Source: Macrostomum lignano
Taxonomy: Eukaryota
DNA: 64,000 nucleotides
Direction of reading: 5' to 3'
Assembly: GCA_002269645.1 (NCBI GenBank)
Contig: NIVC01001957.1
Coordinates: 1 to 64,000, forward strand
This document shows positions 49,295 to 59,208 of the stretch, one piece after another. Under the pieces are notes generated by a model. The model did not search any database, was not told where the DNA came from, and saw only the letters and a program-made list of their open reading frames with translations. Both the position numbers and the translations under genes were made by a program. Numbering within the stretch: the first letter of the stretch is position 1; every line of letters begins with the position of its first letter.

Positions 49295-52200
49295 TGCAGA
49301 CAGACAGACAAATACACGCAGACAGACAGACAGACAGACAGACATGCACACAGACAGAGAAATACACACAGACAGACAGACACATACACGCAGACAGACA
49401 GGTACATAGAACCTATAATAAGCTGGCCAGACACACCTAAGCACTTGAAATCTATTATAAATCAGAGCCAGCTCATATAATCTATCAATCCCGCAGCGCC
49501 TCACAGAGAACTGGTCAGACAGCTGTCAGGTAGGCAAAGTGTTCACAGACCGGGCCGACCAGCTCAGCCAAGTGTATCCACCGTTTGTAAATTTTGTTGA
49601 ACAAGCCAAAGAAGAGATGGCCCGTTGGGAGCAGCGAGATCCCAGGTTTCGCGCTTATCTACGATTGTGCCTAAGTCGGAAAGAGTGCCTGAGGCAGTCC
49701 TTGAAGGAGCTGCTTATTCGGCCGGTACAGCGACTGCCGTCTGTCACTCTGTTGCTGGGCGACATGCTCAAGGTTACTAATGAGGACAGTCCAGATCATG
49801 CCGGACTGCAGCAAGCATTGGCGGTTGTACGCAAAGCTCTCGATCATATTAACGAAGAGAAACGGACTACGGATTCTCAATTAGCTATGTTTGATATTAT
49901 TAACGATATTGAAAATTGTCCGCCTTCGCTATTGTCCTCGCATCGGGTTATTATCGATCGGGTTGATGCTATTGAATTGGCTAATGGTTCGTCTGGCTAT
50001 CGGCCTCTGGCTGGGGCTGGTAGCTTCTTGTCTCTGCTGCTATTTAATGATCATCTGCAGGTAGGATATATTGACCTGGGTGCTCATATTGGAGTAAATT
50101 GTGTGCTCATATTAGAGTAGGTTGTGTGCTTATATTGGAGTAGGTTGTGTGCTCATATTGGAGTAGGGTATGTGTGCTCATATTGGAGTAGGGTGTGTGT
50201 GCTCATATCTGAGTAGGGTGTGCTCATAAATCTGAGTAGGGTGTGCTCATATATCTGAGTAAGGTGTGCTCATATATCTGAGTAGGGTTTTGTCAATGAT
50301 CAATGATTTTCTGAGTAGGTTGTCCTCATATTTGAGTAGGGTCTGCTCATATATCTAAGTAATGTGTGCTCATATATCTGAGTAGAGTGTGCTCATATAT
50401 CTGAGTAAAGTGTGCTCATATATCTGAATAGGGTGTGCTCATATATCTGAGTAGTTTGTGCTCATATCTGAGTAGGGTCTGCTTATATATCTAAGTAATT
50501 TGTGCTCATATATCTGAGTAGAGTGTGCTCATATATCTGAGTAAAGTGTGCTCATATATCTGAATAGGGTGTGCTCATATATCTGAATAGGGTGTGCTCA
50601 TATATCTGAGTAGTTTGTGCTCATATCTGAGTAGGGTCTGCTTATATATCTAAGTAATGTGTGCTCATATATCTGAGTAGTTTGTGCTCATATATCTGAG
50701 TAAAGTGTGCTCATATATCCGAGTACATATTTAGTCCGCACCAACTCTCAGATCTCCAAGCAGCGCAAGAACGGTGCCAGCAGCAGTGCGGCCGCCTCAG
50801 CCTCTGCCGCCGCAGGCGGTAGCCACACTGGGAAGCCATCGAGCAGCGCTCTCAAGCCACCAAAACGGCAATACCGTCACCTGGAGCTGCTCCATCTCAG
50901 CCGAGTTCGCCGAGTCTGCAGCCTAACCGACGATCGGGATCCCAGCGACATCCGTCGATTATTCGCTTTCGTGTGTCGGTCAGCAGAATCTGGGGAACTA
51001 TTCGTGCTGTCCTTTGCTCTGATTGGCTCAGCGGATAAGCCTGCATTTCTGCGCTCCGTCTGCGCTCAGATCTGCGCCGCAACGTGCTCGGCTGAGTCTG
51101 TCGACTCGTATTTCGCTCGCGTCGATGTTGACGAGCTCCGTGTCGAAACTAACGGCGTATTCGATCGGCAGCATCAGTTGAGCGCTAAAGCTCGTCGATT
51201 CGGTAAACGCGTGACTCGAGCCTTGTCGAATCGAACTCCGAGGCGAACTCTGACTAGGGCTGTATCGGCTGCCCTGCAGCAGCAGCACTCGGTGTCGAAT
51301 AGTCAGCAGGCTAGCGGGCATGACTCGTCGGTGCTGGGCGATTCGCCTTGTCCGGAATCGCCAGCTAGAGCTGCTGGCTTTGATGAAGAGCACCAGCATC
51401 ATGCTAGCTTTGCTGGTGCCGATTCCGGTGCAGCTGCAGTTGCTAAGGTTAGATTTTTTATTCGCTCATCACAGACTGTTGTAGCCATTTTCTGTACATT
51501 GCAGTTTTTTTTTATTATCCAAACCTATCCTCTTTTTTGGTGACGCTGTGTGCGGCTTTTTTGTGCTCAAGGTATAAAAATGGGGCACAAAATAGGTCTA
51601 GACAAGAATGGGACAATGGGATGGATGTTGTAGAAAGGAAAAATGAGAAAAAGGGAGAAGAGAGGGAAAGAAAAGAGGGGAGAGAAGGGGAGGAAAAGGG
51701 GAGAGAAGAGAAGGAAAGAGTGGAGAGAAGGGGAGGAAAGAGGAGAGAGAAAAGGAGGAAAGATGGGAGAGAAGGGGAGAGAAGGGGAGGAAAAGGGGAG
51801 AGAAGAGAAGGAAAGAGTGGAGAGAAGGGGAGGAAAGAGGAGAGAGAAAAGGAGGAAAGATGGGAGAGAAGGGGAGAGAAGGGAAGGAAAGAGGAGAGAA
51901 AAGGGGAGGAAAGAGGAGAGAGAAAAGGAGGAAAGATGGGAGAGAGGGGGAGAGAAGGGAAGGAAAGAGGAGAGAGAAGGGGAGGAAAGAGGAGAGAGAA
52001 AAGGAGGAAAGATGGGAGAGAAGGGGAGAGAAGGGGAGGAAAGAGGGGAGAGAAGGGGAGGAAAGAGGGGAGAGAAGGGGAGGAAAGAGGGGAGAGAAGG
52101 GGAGGAAAGATGGGAGAGAAGGGGATGAAAGAGGGGGAGAGAAGGGGATGAAAGAGGGGGAGAGAAGGGGAGGAAAGAGGGAACTCGGTAAGAAAGGAAA

Positions 52201-53982
52201 ACTGAAAAGTCAACACAAAACTTGAAAAAATATCTTACGTTTTTATTTACCCATTTTATACCTGCGCTAACACGCTTTTATTTACCTAATTTCAATGCCT
52301 TGAAAACAAAAATTATAAATATTATCTTAATAGACTCCGAAGCAGCAGCAGGACTCTGTCTTTCTGTCTCCGCTGCCTCCGCCGCCGCTAGCGGCCACCC
52401 CGCATCGGCAGCCGCTTGCTGCTCGCAAATCCCGCACAGCCGGTCTGGGCGAATCGCTCCGTCGCGGATTGAGCGGCCTCAGGCAGAGTTTCCGGCTGGC
52501 TGGCAGGCCGTCCGCTGCTGCCGCCGCTGCGGCCAGACGGACCGCTGCAGCCTCGGCTGCTGGCTCTGCGACCTGCGGCAAGCCGCAGCATCGGGTGTCG
52601 TCTCTGGCTGATTGGACTCTGGTGAGTGTGTCTCTGGCTGATTGGACTCTGGTAAGTGTGTCTGGCTGATTGGACTCTGGTGAGTGTGTCTCAGGCTGAT
52701 TGGACTGGTGAGTGTGTCTGTGGCTGATTGGACTCTGGTGAGTGTGTCTGTGGCTGATTGGACTCTAGTGAGTGTGTCTCTGGCTGATTGGACTCTGGTG
52801 AGTGTGTCTGTGGCTGATTGGACTCTGGTGAGTGTGTCTGTGGCTGATTGGACTCTGGTGAGTGTGTCTGTGGCTGATTGGACTCTGGTGAGTGTGTCTG
52901 GCTGATTGGACTCTGGTGAGTGTGTCTCTGGCTGATTGGACTCTGGTAAGTGTGTCTGGCTGATTGGACTCTGGTGAGTGTGTCTCAGGCTGATTGGACT
53001 GGTGAGTGTGTCTGTGGCTGATTGGACTCTGGTGAGTGTGTCTGTGGCTGATTGGACTCTAGTGAGTGTGTCTCTGGCTGATTGGACTCTGGTGAGTGTG
53101 TCTGTGGCTGATTGGACTCTGGTGAGTGTGTCTGTGGCTGATTGGACTCTGGTGAGTGTGTCTGTGGCTGATTGGACTCTGGTGAGTGTGTCTGTTTTAG
53201 TGCTTGTTTGTATACCTAATCTTTTAGTTTGTCTTGTCTAGATTTTTAGCACCTATCTGTATACCCATGTGTCTGCCTGTAATTGTGTCTGTTTATATCC
53301 ACTGTATTTGCATATTAAAACAATGTATGTGACAGCTAATACGTCATAAATATGAAATGCCTTCTTATCCCACCCCGTGCAGCGGCCTGAGCTGTGCTGC
53401 TCCAACACTAGCCTGGCCTCATTAGACAGCTGTCAGTCCCTGCCAGTTGCCTCAACCACCGCCGCTAGGTCCGCCGCCGCCACCGCCTCGTCCATGAGTT
53501 CCGCTACAAACGCCTTTGGAGCCCCGTCAGGTGGTGCTAACCCAGCCACACTGCTGCTCACTGCACAGGTTCATGTTTTACAGTTTTAATCCCTTTCAAA
53601 TCTTGGCTAGCAGTTTTTTTTACTGATTTTATTATCGTGAAATATCAGTTCACAAGGCAATGTGTTTTGCGTTTTTTCCTTTAGTCAGTCAGTCAGTCAG
53701 TCAGTCAGTCAGTCAGTCAGTCAGCCAGCCAGTCAGTCAGTCAGTCAGTCAGTCAGTCAGCCAGTCAGTCAGTCAGTCAGTCAATCAGTCAGTCAATCAG
53801 TCAGTCAGTCAGTCAGTCAGTCAGTCAGTCAGTCAGTCAGTCAGTCCCTCACCCGTCACCCGCAGGCGGCTCGCGAGGACCTGCCCAAAAGTTCGTCATC
53901 CTCTCGACTAAGCATTGCCGGTCTGTCAGCCAAGCGCTTGCGCAAGCAGCTGAGCTCGTGGAGTTTGTCGCGTGGAAAATAA
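45401..53982 (+). CDS. ECT2: ECT2/Pebble-like RhoGEF (BRCT repeats, DH, PH), spliced gene, ~1172 aa
   Basis: Exons 45401-45547, 46045-46626, 47454-48392, 49497-50060, 50752-51447, 52334-52621, 53383-53568, 53866-53982 (3519 nt, all introns GT-AG). Motifs: CLTGF..HCLGGGIR..VTHLIA..W, SEWFW, RKRRRL NLS, ELAHTEANYVSIL, LLIRPVQRLPSVTLLL, CPPSLLSSHR, KRVTRALS.RTPRR. Confidence 0.93.
45660..45975. repeat. 30-bp minisatellite CCCCATAGACCCCACCACCCCTGTTTCCTA (ECT2 intron 1)
   Basis: Period 30 clear from 45841 to 45960. Confidence 0.9.
46045..46626 (+). CDS. ECT2: ECT2 exon 2 (BRCT0 end and BRCT1)
   Basis: VLGPP, RPVYSCGM, CLTGF, VTHLIA, PVMTADWVEAAW; acceptor cctgcag|, donor CTG|gtgagt. Confidence 0.92.
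46637..47260. repeat. 23-bp minisatellite GGCTCTAATCCACCCTGAGAATC (ECT2 intron 2)
   Basis: Direct periodicity; starts ~10 nt after the donor. Confidence 0.94.
47454..48392 (+). CDS. ECT2: ECT2 exon 3 (BRCT2, hinge with NLS, DH start)
   Basis: LRPFVGNTLAFFGYS, VIVRSEWFW, RKRRRL, SLLDAT, ELAHTEANYV; donor AGG|gtgagt. Confidence 0.93.
48515..49405. repeat. (GACA)n/(CA)-rich microsatellite (ECT2 intron 3)
   Basis: Direct observation. Confidence 0.97.
49497..50060 (+). CDS. ECT2: ECT2 exon 4 (DH domain, PH start)
   Basis: VYPPFVNF, RQSLKELLIRPVQRLPSV, LLLFNDHLQ; acceptor cccgcag|, donor CAG|gtagga. Confidence 0.95.
50078..50725. repeat. 22-24-bp minisatellite GTGTGCTCATATATCTGAGTAGG (ECT2 intron 4)
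   Basis: Direct periodicity filling nearly the whole intron. Confidence 0.93.
50752..51447 (+). CDS. ECT2: ECT2 exon 5 (PH domain and polybasic region)
   Basis: ISKQRK, YRHLELLHLSRVRRV, KRVTRALSNRTPRR; acceptor ctctcag|, donor AAG|gttaga. Confidence 0.9.
51640..52182. repeat. GA-rich purine simple repeat (ECT2 intron 5)
   Basis: Direct observation. Confidence 0.92.
52334..52621 (+). CDS. ECT2: ECT2 exon 6 (C-terminal tail)
   Basis: Acceptor cttaatag|ACT, open 96 codons (TPKQQQDSVFLSP...SLADWTL), donor CTG|gtgagt. Confidence 0.72.
52601..53195. repeat. 28/30-bp minisatellite built from the exon 6/intron 6 junction; 20 units in two 294-bp blocks
   Basis: Unit = last 21 exonic nt TCTCTGGCTGATTGGACTCTG + GTGAGTGTG. 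Confidence 0.95.
53383..53568 (+). CDS. ECT2: ECT2 exon 7 (low-complexity tail)
   Basis: Acceptor ccccgtgcag|, donor CAG|gttcat, phase 0/0; no homology support. Confidence 0.62.
53682..53845. repeat. (CAGT)n microsatellite (ECT2 intron 7)
   Basis: Direct observation. Confidence 0.95.
53866..53982 (+). CDS. ECT2: ECT2 terminal exon 8 (AAREDLPK...LSSWSLSRGK stop)
   Basis: Acceptor cacccgcag|; TAA at 53980-53982 overlaps AATAAA. Confidence 0.62.
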   Translation, partial: AAREDLPKSSSSSRLSIAGLSAKRLRKQLSSWSLSRGK

Positions 53983-54767
53983 AGTACCTGTTCTGTAGTA
54001 TCGATCTTGAAGTGCATAATTTTGAAATTGACTGTCACTTGGTACCCGTACATAGTGTACATATATTTGTATTTTTTAAGTTGGAAACAAGAATTGCAGC
54101 ATAATTAATCAACTGTCTGATACTGAAAAAACGTTTTTAATGTCCTTTGGTTTTATTTTGACCCTAATTTAATAAGTAGTATATTTCAGGCATTTTTCTG
54201 TTAATAATTGAAATCATTTTACTTTGTACAACTTTCAACTTTCTTCCTATTAATTTTTTGGCTTTATTTTCCAAGTTTAATACCCATTTTTTACACAAAT
54301 AACTCTGTACTGTACTACTAACTATAAGCAGTAGTGCGTTTCGCTGTTTTTATCTCTGATTGTGCAATTTTGTTGCAATCGTTTTTCAATTGATATTACT
54401 TTTAGTAGCGGTGAGTGATGAATTGCCAATCGGCATTCCGCGTGTTGAAACCGAATCCAGAGCCAGACTGCATCTAAAATTTATTTTGCCTCTAAGCGAT
54501 CTATTTTCTGCTGACTACTGCCTACTAAGTAGTATTATTGCAACTGAAAATATATGTATTTGTATATGTATCCCTACGAAGCTTGTGTATTGACTTGATT
54601 TTAAGCATTTTTAATGAATTCTTATCAGATCCTAGATTTGAGTGCTTTTTTAATTTATTTCAATATTTCATCATTTAGGGGTTCTGTGCACAAAAATTGA
54701 CCAATTAGGTTGTGAATTTAGACATCTGTGAAGGCCAACCTGCAAGGCAGTGAGGGAGTACTCCGTC

Positions 54768-54871
54768 TACAGGGACCTCTGAATTAACCTTCATCCTACA
54801 TTGATCTCTGAATTAACCTTCTGTCCTACAGGGATCTCTAAATTAACCTTCTGTCCTACAGGGATCTCTAA
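54768..54871. repeat. Short 29-bp tandem repeat (~3.5 copies)
   Basis: GAATTAACCTTC..TCCTACA..GATCTCT recurs with period 29. Confidence 0.8.
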
Positions 54872-54875
54872 GTTA

Positions 54876-55195
54876 CGAGGGCTGCTTAATAAGTTCGCGG
54901 AAAACCAAACTTATCTTCAAGCGAATCAAACGAAATTTTATTAACTTTTTCCTTCTGATATTGGCACCTTTCAGTGAGGAGCTGGAACAGGCGTTGAATG
55001 CGGAGCTGGAAGCCGTCACAAAGGCGGAATTGAGGGACTGCTTTGCGGCGTGGTTTCATCGGATGAAGAAATGCGTTGATCTGGCTGGGGACTATGTTGA
55101 GAAGTGCCATTAGGTTGGGCTAAGTGTGTGTAAAATTTCACGACTGTGCGATAACTATAAGTATGTTTTTCCGCGAACTTATTAAGCAGCCCTCG
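54876..55195 (+). mobile_element. Mariner internal-deletion derivative (320 bp) retaining the transposase C-terminus
   Basis: TIR CGAGGGCTGCTTAATAAGTTCGCGGAAAA at both ends with TA flanks. 54976-55113 encodes EELEQALNAELEAVTKAELRDCFAAWFHRMKKCVDLAGDYVEKCH*, the typical mariner W..R..KCV...GDYVEK end. Confidence 0.9.
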
Positions 55196-56789
55196 TACGT
55201 GCCGTGCCTGCGTACATGCGAATATGGAATACAAATGCTTATAAACGTTTTTAATATATAAGTTTACTAAGTGTAATATGTTAATATGGGTAGGGAAATG
55301 GTTAATAATATTGTTAGTCAGATTAGTTGGAAAATATGGTAGTAGTTTTCAGGGAGTATGGACAGAGCTATTATATAGATCTCCCATCACTTGGCAGGGT
55401 GCAACCACGTAATGCAGTCAGGATATCATGTATTAATTATTAGTGTTGTATTTCCATATATACATGTATTGCGAGTTGTATTGCGAGTCGACACAACTTT
55501 TATAATTTTGTTGCTTCTCCCGACAGGCAATTAGTGCCTACGAGCGTATGCATAGTTTAGAACTACGAAGTATTTCTTCTGCGCAGATTTGGCCTGTCTC
55601 ACATTATGCGTGTATTTGTGTGTGGGAAATGCTAGTATTGAGTGTTTTTTTAGCAAAAACAATTTCTACGGTTAATCGTTTGCCTGTAAATTTATCTTTA
55701 GTACGAGCGTAATTATATTGTTCATTTGCAATGCTATTGAATAGAGAAAGCACAGGTTATTAGTCATTTAATATACAAGTATTCAAATTTCTTTGGCGAC
55801 ATCGTTCCACAACCAGCGCATGTACAACTTTTGGGGCTCGATTCCTCGTGATTGTGTATCACACGACAACCAACCGCCAATTGCGAAAAGTCATTGGTAT
55901 TCAACTATAACTAACATGCTGCAAGTTTCTATATCAGAATTCGTTAGAATCGAATTTGATACTCTGTGTATCTTTTTTAGCGGTACAGTCATAGGGGCAA
56001 CGAAAAGTCTCTCACACGGTAGCCCATCAGTAACTTTGGTTGACAAAAGAAAGTCGAAATGTAGGCTTTTAAGCTATATGCGCAGTAGTGTAGTGCAGCT
56101 ATATATATATACTGGTAGGATATAGACTTTTCATTACGTTTTTCACCGCGCTGAAAAGTAATCAATTTTATCCGTAATCTGGAGATAGCGCCCTCTTTTA
56201 AGACTAACTAAATGGATTTCTGACTGTAAGTCAGTGATGAATTACTGTAGGCCTCACTGGGTTGGGAGGTGCAGTGTGTATATTCTTTATATAGCTATAT
56301 ATTACTCTAGACTTAGTAAGGTTATTTATTTATACCCGGGACTCTGGGGTGATATCTGACGGGAGAGAGAGCGAGAGCCTTTATTTAGCTTTTTCTTATT
56401 CATCTCAAAAATTTGTGACCTTATACAGTACAATGCAATGCAATAATAGTGTAGTGGTCCTTTAAACTTCTCTTAAGAATACTAGTAAATTAATTATTAA
56501 TGAGGCGCACTTTGTCTGACTATCTCGTCACCGTCAGGTCTCTTTTTATCTGATAAATTTGACAGGTGACTATACAGGATTCTCTCGCAAATCGCATGGG
56601 AAATCGATGTACCAACTGAATGCAAAATCAGATTATAACCGTCTCTGCCCCCGTTGGGAAAGCAACAATTCAGAAAGGGAATAAACAGTGCTTTAAGCCT
56701 TATACAGGCGCTTTTGTTCATTTTTTTCCAGATTAAGGACGTTAAAATCAAAAAACATCGAGCAAAATTTGGAAGCCTGAAAGCCGGCT

Positions 56790-56870
56790 ATCTAGCCTAA
56801 AGGTATCAGCATACCCTTTGAGCCTTGGTATTTCAGCAATTCCCCGTTAGCCTTGGCATTCTCTAATCCT
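56790..56870 (-). repeat. Dispersed fragment related to the 30-bp minisatellite and its flank
   Basis: The reverse complement reads GAATGCCAAGGCTAACGGGGAATTGCTGAAATACCAAGGCTC...AGGCTAGATAGCC; compare 17212-18750. Confidence 0.55.
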
Positions 56871-57909
56871 GGACCCTAGCTTATTGATTTTTAATAGAGA
56901 GAGAGCCTATGAGAGATTTTGCCGCTGGCTTCTTTGTGCTGATGTCTATGGCCGAACTATCAACATGCTTGCTTTTTTCCGCGTCTATATATGTGTCTAT
57001 GGGCAAGACCTAATCTACTGCTGCCAAATGGCAATTCTCTGCAGCTTGGTTGAGTTACCTATCTACTTGGCTGACAATAGCAATTCTTAGAAACGTTATA
57101 GGTGTTGATTTTTAATGGACTTATTATCGACTGGACAAAATCTAAAGTTGTATGATATAATTAGCTATGCAGAATTGGACTTGCATTTTCACGTATCTGA
57201 AGCTAAGCACAAATTGCTAACTCCTTACCTGCCACTTGCATTATTAATAAGTGCAAGATTGTCTCTGTGAATTTATATTTTTAAATCCCAATCCTTTTTT
57301 TGCAACTACAGCTAATTCCAATAACAAAACCCTAATAGTGAACCTTAGGAAACCACATCGTACCAAAGTAAAATTAGCAATACATGTAGTTCTATTGCAA
57401 CTGGCAGGCAAACATTGTAACTGCTTGTTCCTAGAAACACTTAAGCATTTGACCCGTGCGATAATCATCAGATGGCTTATCCATACGTTTGCAGATTCAG
57501 ACTGTGTCACTCCGAGTGTCACTCATTCGGGTCTAATTGACAGATTTTGATGCAGCATGCTGGTATATGCGATCCGTTCTCTACAGGTAGGACCGTTTTG
57601 AAACAAGATTTTTGTACAATTCATGTTAAATGAGGTCAGGTAGAGTTCAGTAAAACGAATAGAGAAAAGGCAGTAGGACTAACTGCATTGTTGATAGCAG
57701 TACAAAATCATAAGTAGACGCGCACAACAGGCATGTTTGAGGTATTCAGAAGGGTGACAAGCAGCATACAAGTGCATAGAACGGTTTTTTTGCGAAGCAA
57801 AGCATTGAAGAGTAGAAATTTGTATTTGTAAAACTTAGGAAAGCAGATTAGCAGTTAAAAACAAACACCCGCTATTGAAAGCGACAAGCTAACGATCGAA
57901 CACTCCGGC

Positions 57910-59208
57910 TCAGAGACTAACATCCAGACTGTTTCGCAGAACGGCATGCCAAAGCTTGATCCAGAGACCTTCGAAAAATTCACTGTTATAAGCTGTTAGG
58001 AAAATATAGTCCATAATCCTTTCAGAGGCCAGACTAGGGATCAAAGTGGTGTATCCGTGACCTCTCCAGAACCCGGCGATCGGGACACCCATCGAAGCTG
58101 CCAGAGTGCCGGCCACGTGAACATCGTCAATCCAGAAGAACTGCTTGAACAGAGAGCACAGGTAGATGCTGGCGACGTGCTTAGCGTTGAGAATGTAGCC
58201 GAAGCCCTCGCAGTAGGTTGGGTAATAGTTTTGTGGAAACTCTATCTTGGTAACCAGCCACTTAGCCCTGCTGCCTCTGCCGATTCTCTGCGGCCTCGCG
58301 CCTCGGGTGGCGGAGCAGTAGAAACCGGATGGAGCACCCTGGCTCAGGAAGGTCGCCAAGTGTGCAACGTCCGTGAACGTGTCGTCGTCGACCTTGACGA
58401 GATACTTGGCCGACTGGCAGTGCCGCAGGACCCACTCGTACACAGCCAGGTGCTTGATGCTCATGTTCCTGTAGTTCTCGGTGTAGTTCAGCTGCACGAT
58501 GTCGCCGAACCGGTCGCTCTCCGCATCGAGCAGAGACTCGAGCTGTGCTCCGGTCGCTCCGGACTCGTCCGAGTCTCCCGACGCTGGCCGGCCGAGAAAG
58601 AAGGCCACCTCGATGCGGTACCGTCCGACGTACCTGAGCGATCCCCACGTTCTGCGGATGGTCGCTCGACGGCCGAGGTTCTTCGCGTTGCTGTGAACCG
58701 CCACCAACGCCAGCAGGTCGCCCGCGGTGCACAGGTGATCCGCCATGTGCACAAAGTTGTAGGTTTGCACGTAACGAAGTGCCGGACTCTGGAGGCCTCC
58801 GCACTTGCCAGCTGCGCTCTGCAGCTGCTGCTGGGTGACCGCCGAACCCAGCGACTTGAGTTTAATCAGCAGCTTTGAGTACAGGCGCGAGTCGCTCGCT
58901 CGTTCGATTCGCTCCATCAAAGTCAGCGGAGATGCTCTGGTCGTGTGCAGCTTTCTCTGTGTTTTCTTTGAAGTACTTAGCCTGTTTTTTGTTGTGTTGG
59001 TAACTGGTAAACTATTGTTTATTACAAGTTCAGTCTTTACATCTGCTTCTACTCTAGACTTGGTTTTGGGCGCATCAGCTGCGGCCTTCAAAGAGCCGTA
59101 GACGCTGTTGCCGGTGACGCAGAGTTGAAGCGTCAGCGCAGTGTACAGCAGCATCAGTAGTAGCAGCCGAGAGTATCGTTTCTCACTGAATGTCAGCGTC
59201 GGAAGCAT
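57910..59208 (-). CDS. GT31 beta-1,3-glycosyltransferase (B3GALT/B3GNT/brainiac-like), 432 aa, intronless, paralogue A
   Basis: N-terminal signal-anchor, RRATIRRTWG, ESDRFGDIVQLNYTENYRNMSIK, VKVDDDTF, YPTYCEGFGY, WIDDV. Confidence 0.93.
   Translation of the reverse strand: MLPTLTFSEKRYSRLLLLMLLYTALTLQLCVTGNSVYGSLKAAADAPKTKSRVEADVKTELVINNSLPVTNTTKNRLSTSKKTQRKLHTTRASPLTLMERIERASDSRLYSKLLIKLKSLGSAVTQQQLQSAAGKCGGLQSPALRYVQTYNFVHMADHLCTAGDLLALVAVHSNAKNLGRRATIRRTWGSLRYVGRYRIEVAFFLGRPASGDSDESGATGAQLESLLDAESDRFGDIVQLNYTENYRNMSIKHLAVYEWVLRHCQSAKYLVKVDDDTFTDVAHLATFLSQGAPSGFYCSATRGARPQRIGRGSRAKWLVTKIEFPQNYYPTYCEGFGYILNAKHVASIYLCSLFKQFFWIDDVHVAGTLAASMGVPIAGFWRGHGYTTLIPSLASERIMDYIFLTAYNSEFFEGLWIKLWHAVLRNSLDVSL

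Noticed and set aside
48356-49504. Multiple 150-380 aa ORFs
   Set aside because: (GACA)n microsatellite translations in ECT2 intron 3.
42405-56200. CTCF-like AG(A/G)GGGCGCT motifs at ~42412, ~43288 and ~56187
   Set aside because: Partial matches inside repeat debris; cannot be distinguished from chance.
58057-58878. Antisense ORFs over the GT31 genes (also 61229-61981)
   Set aside because: Expected shadow ORFs of GC-rich coding sequence, duplicated simply because the genes are.
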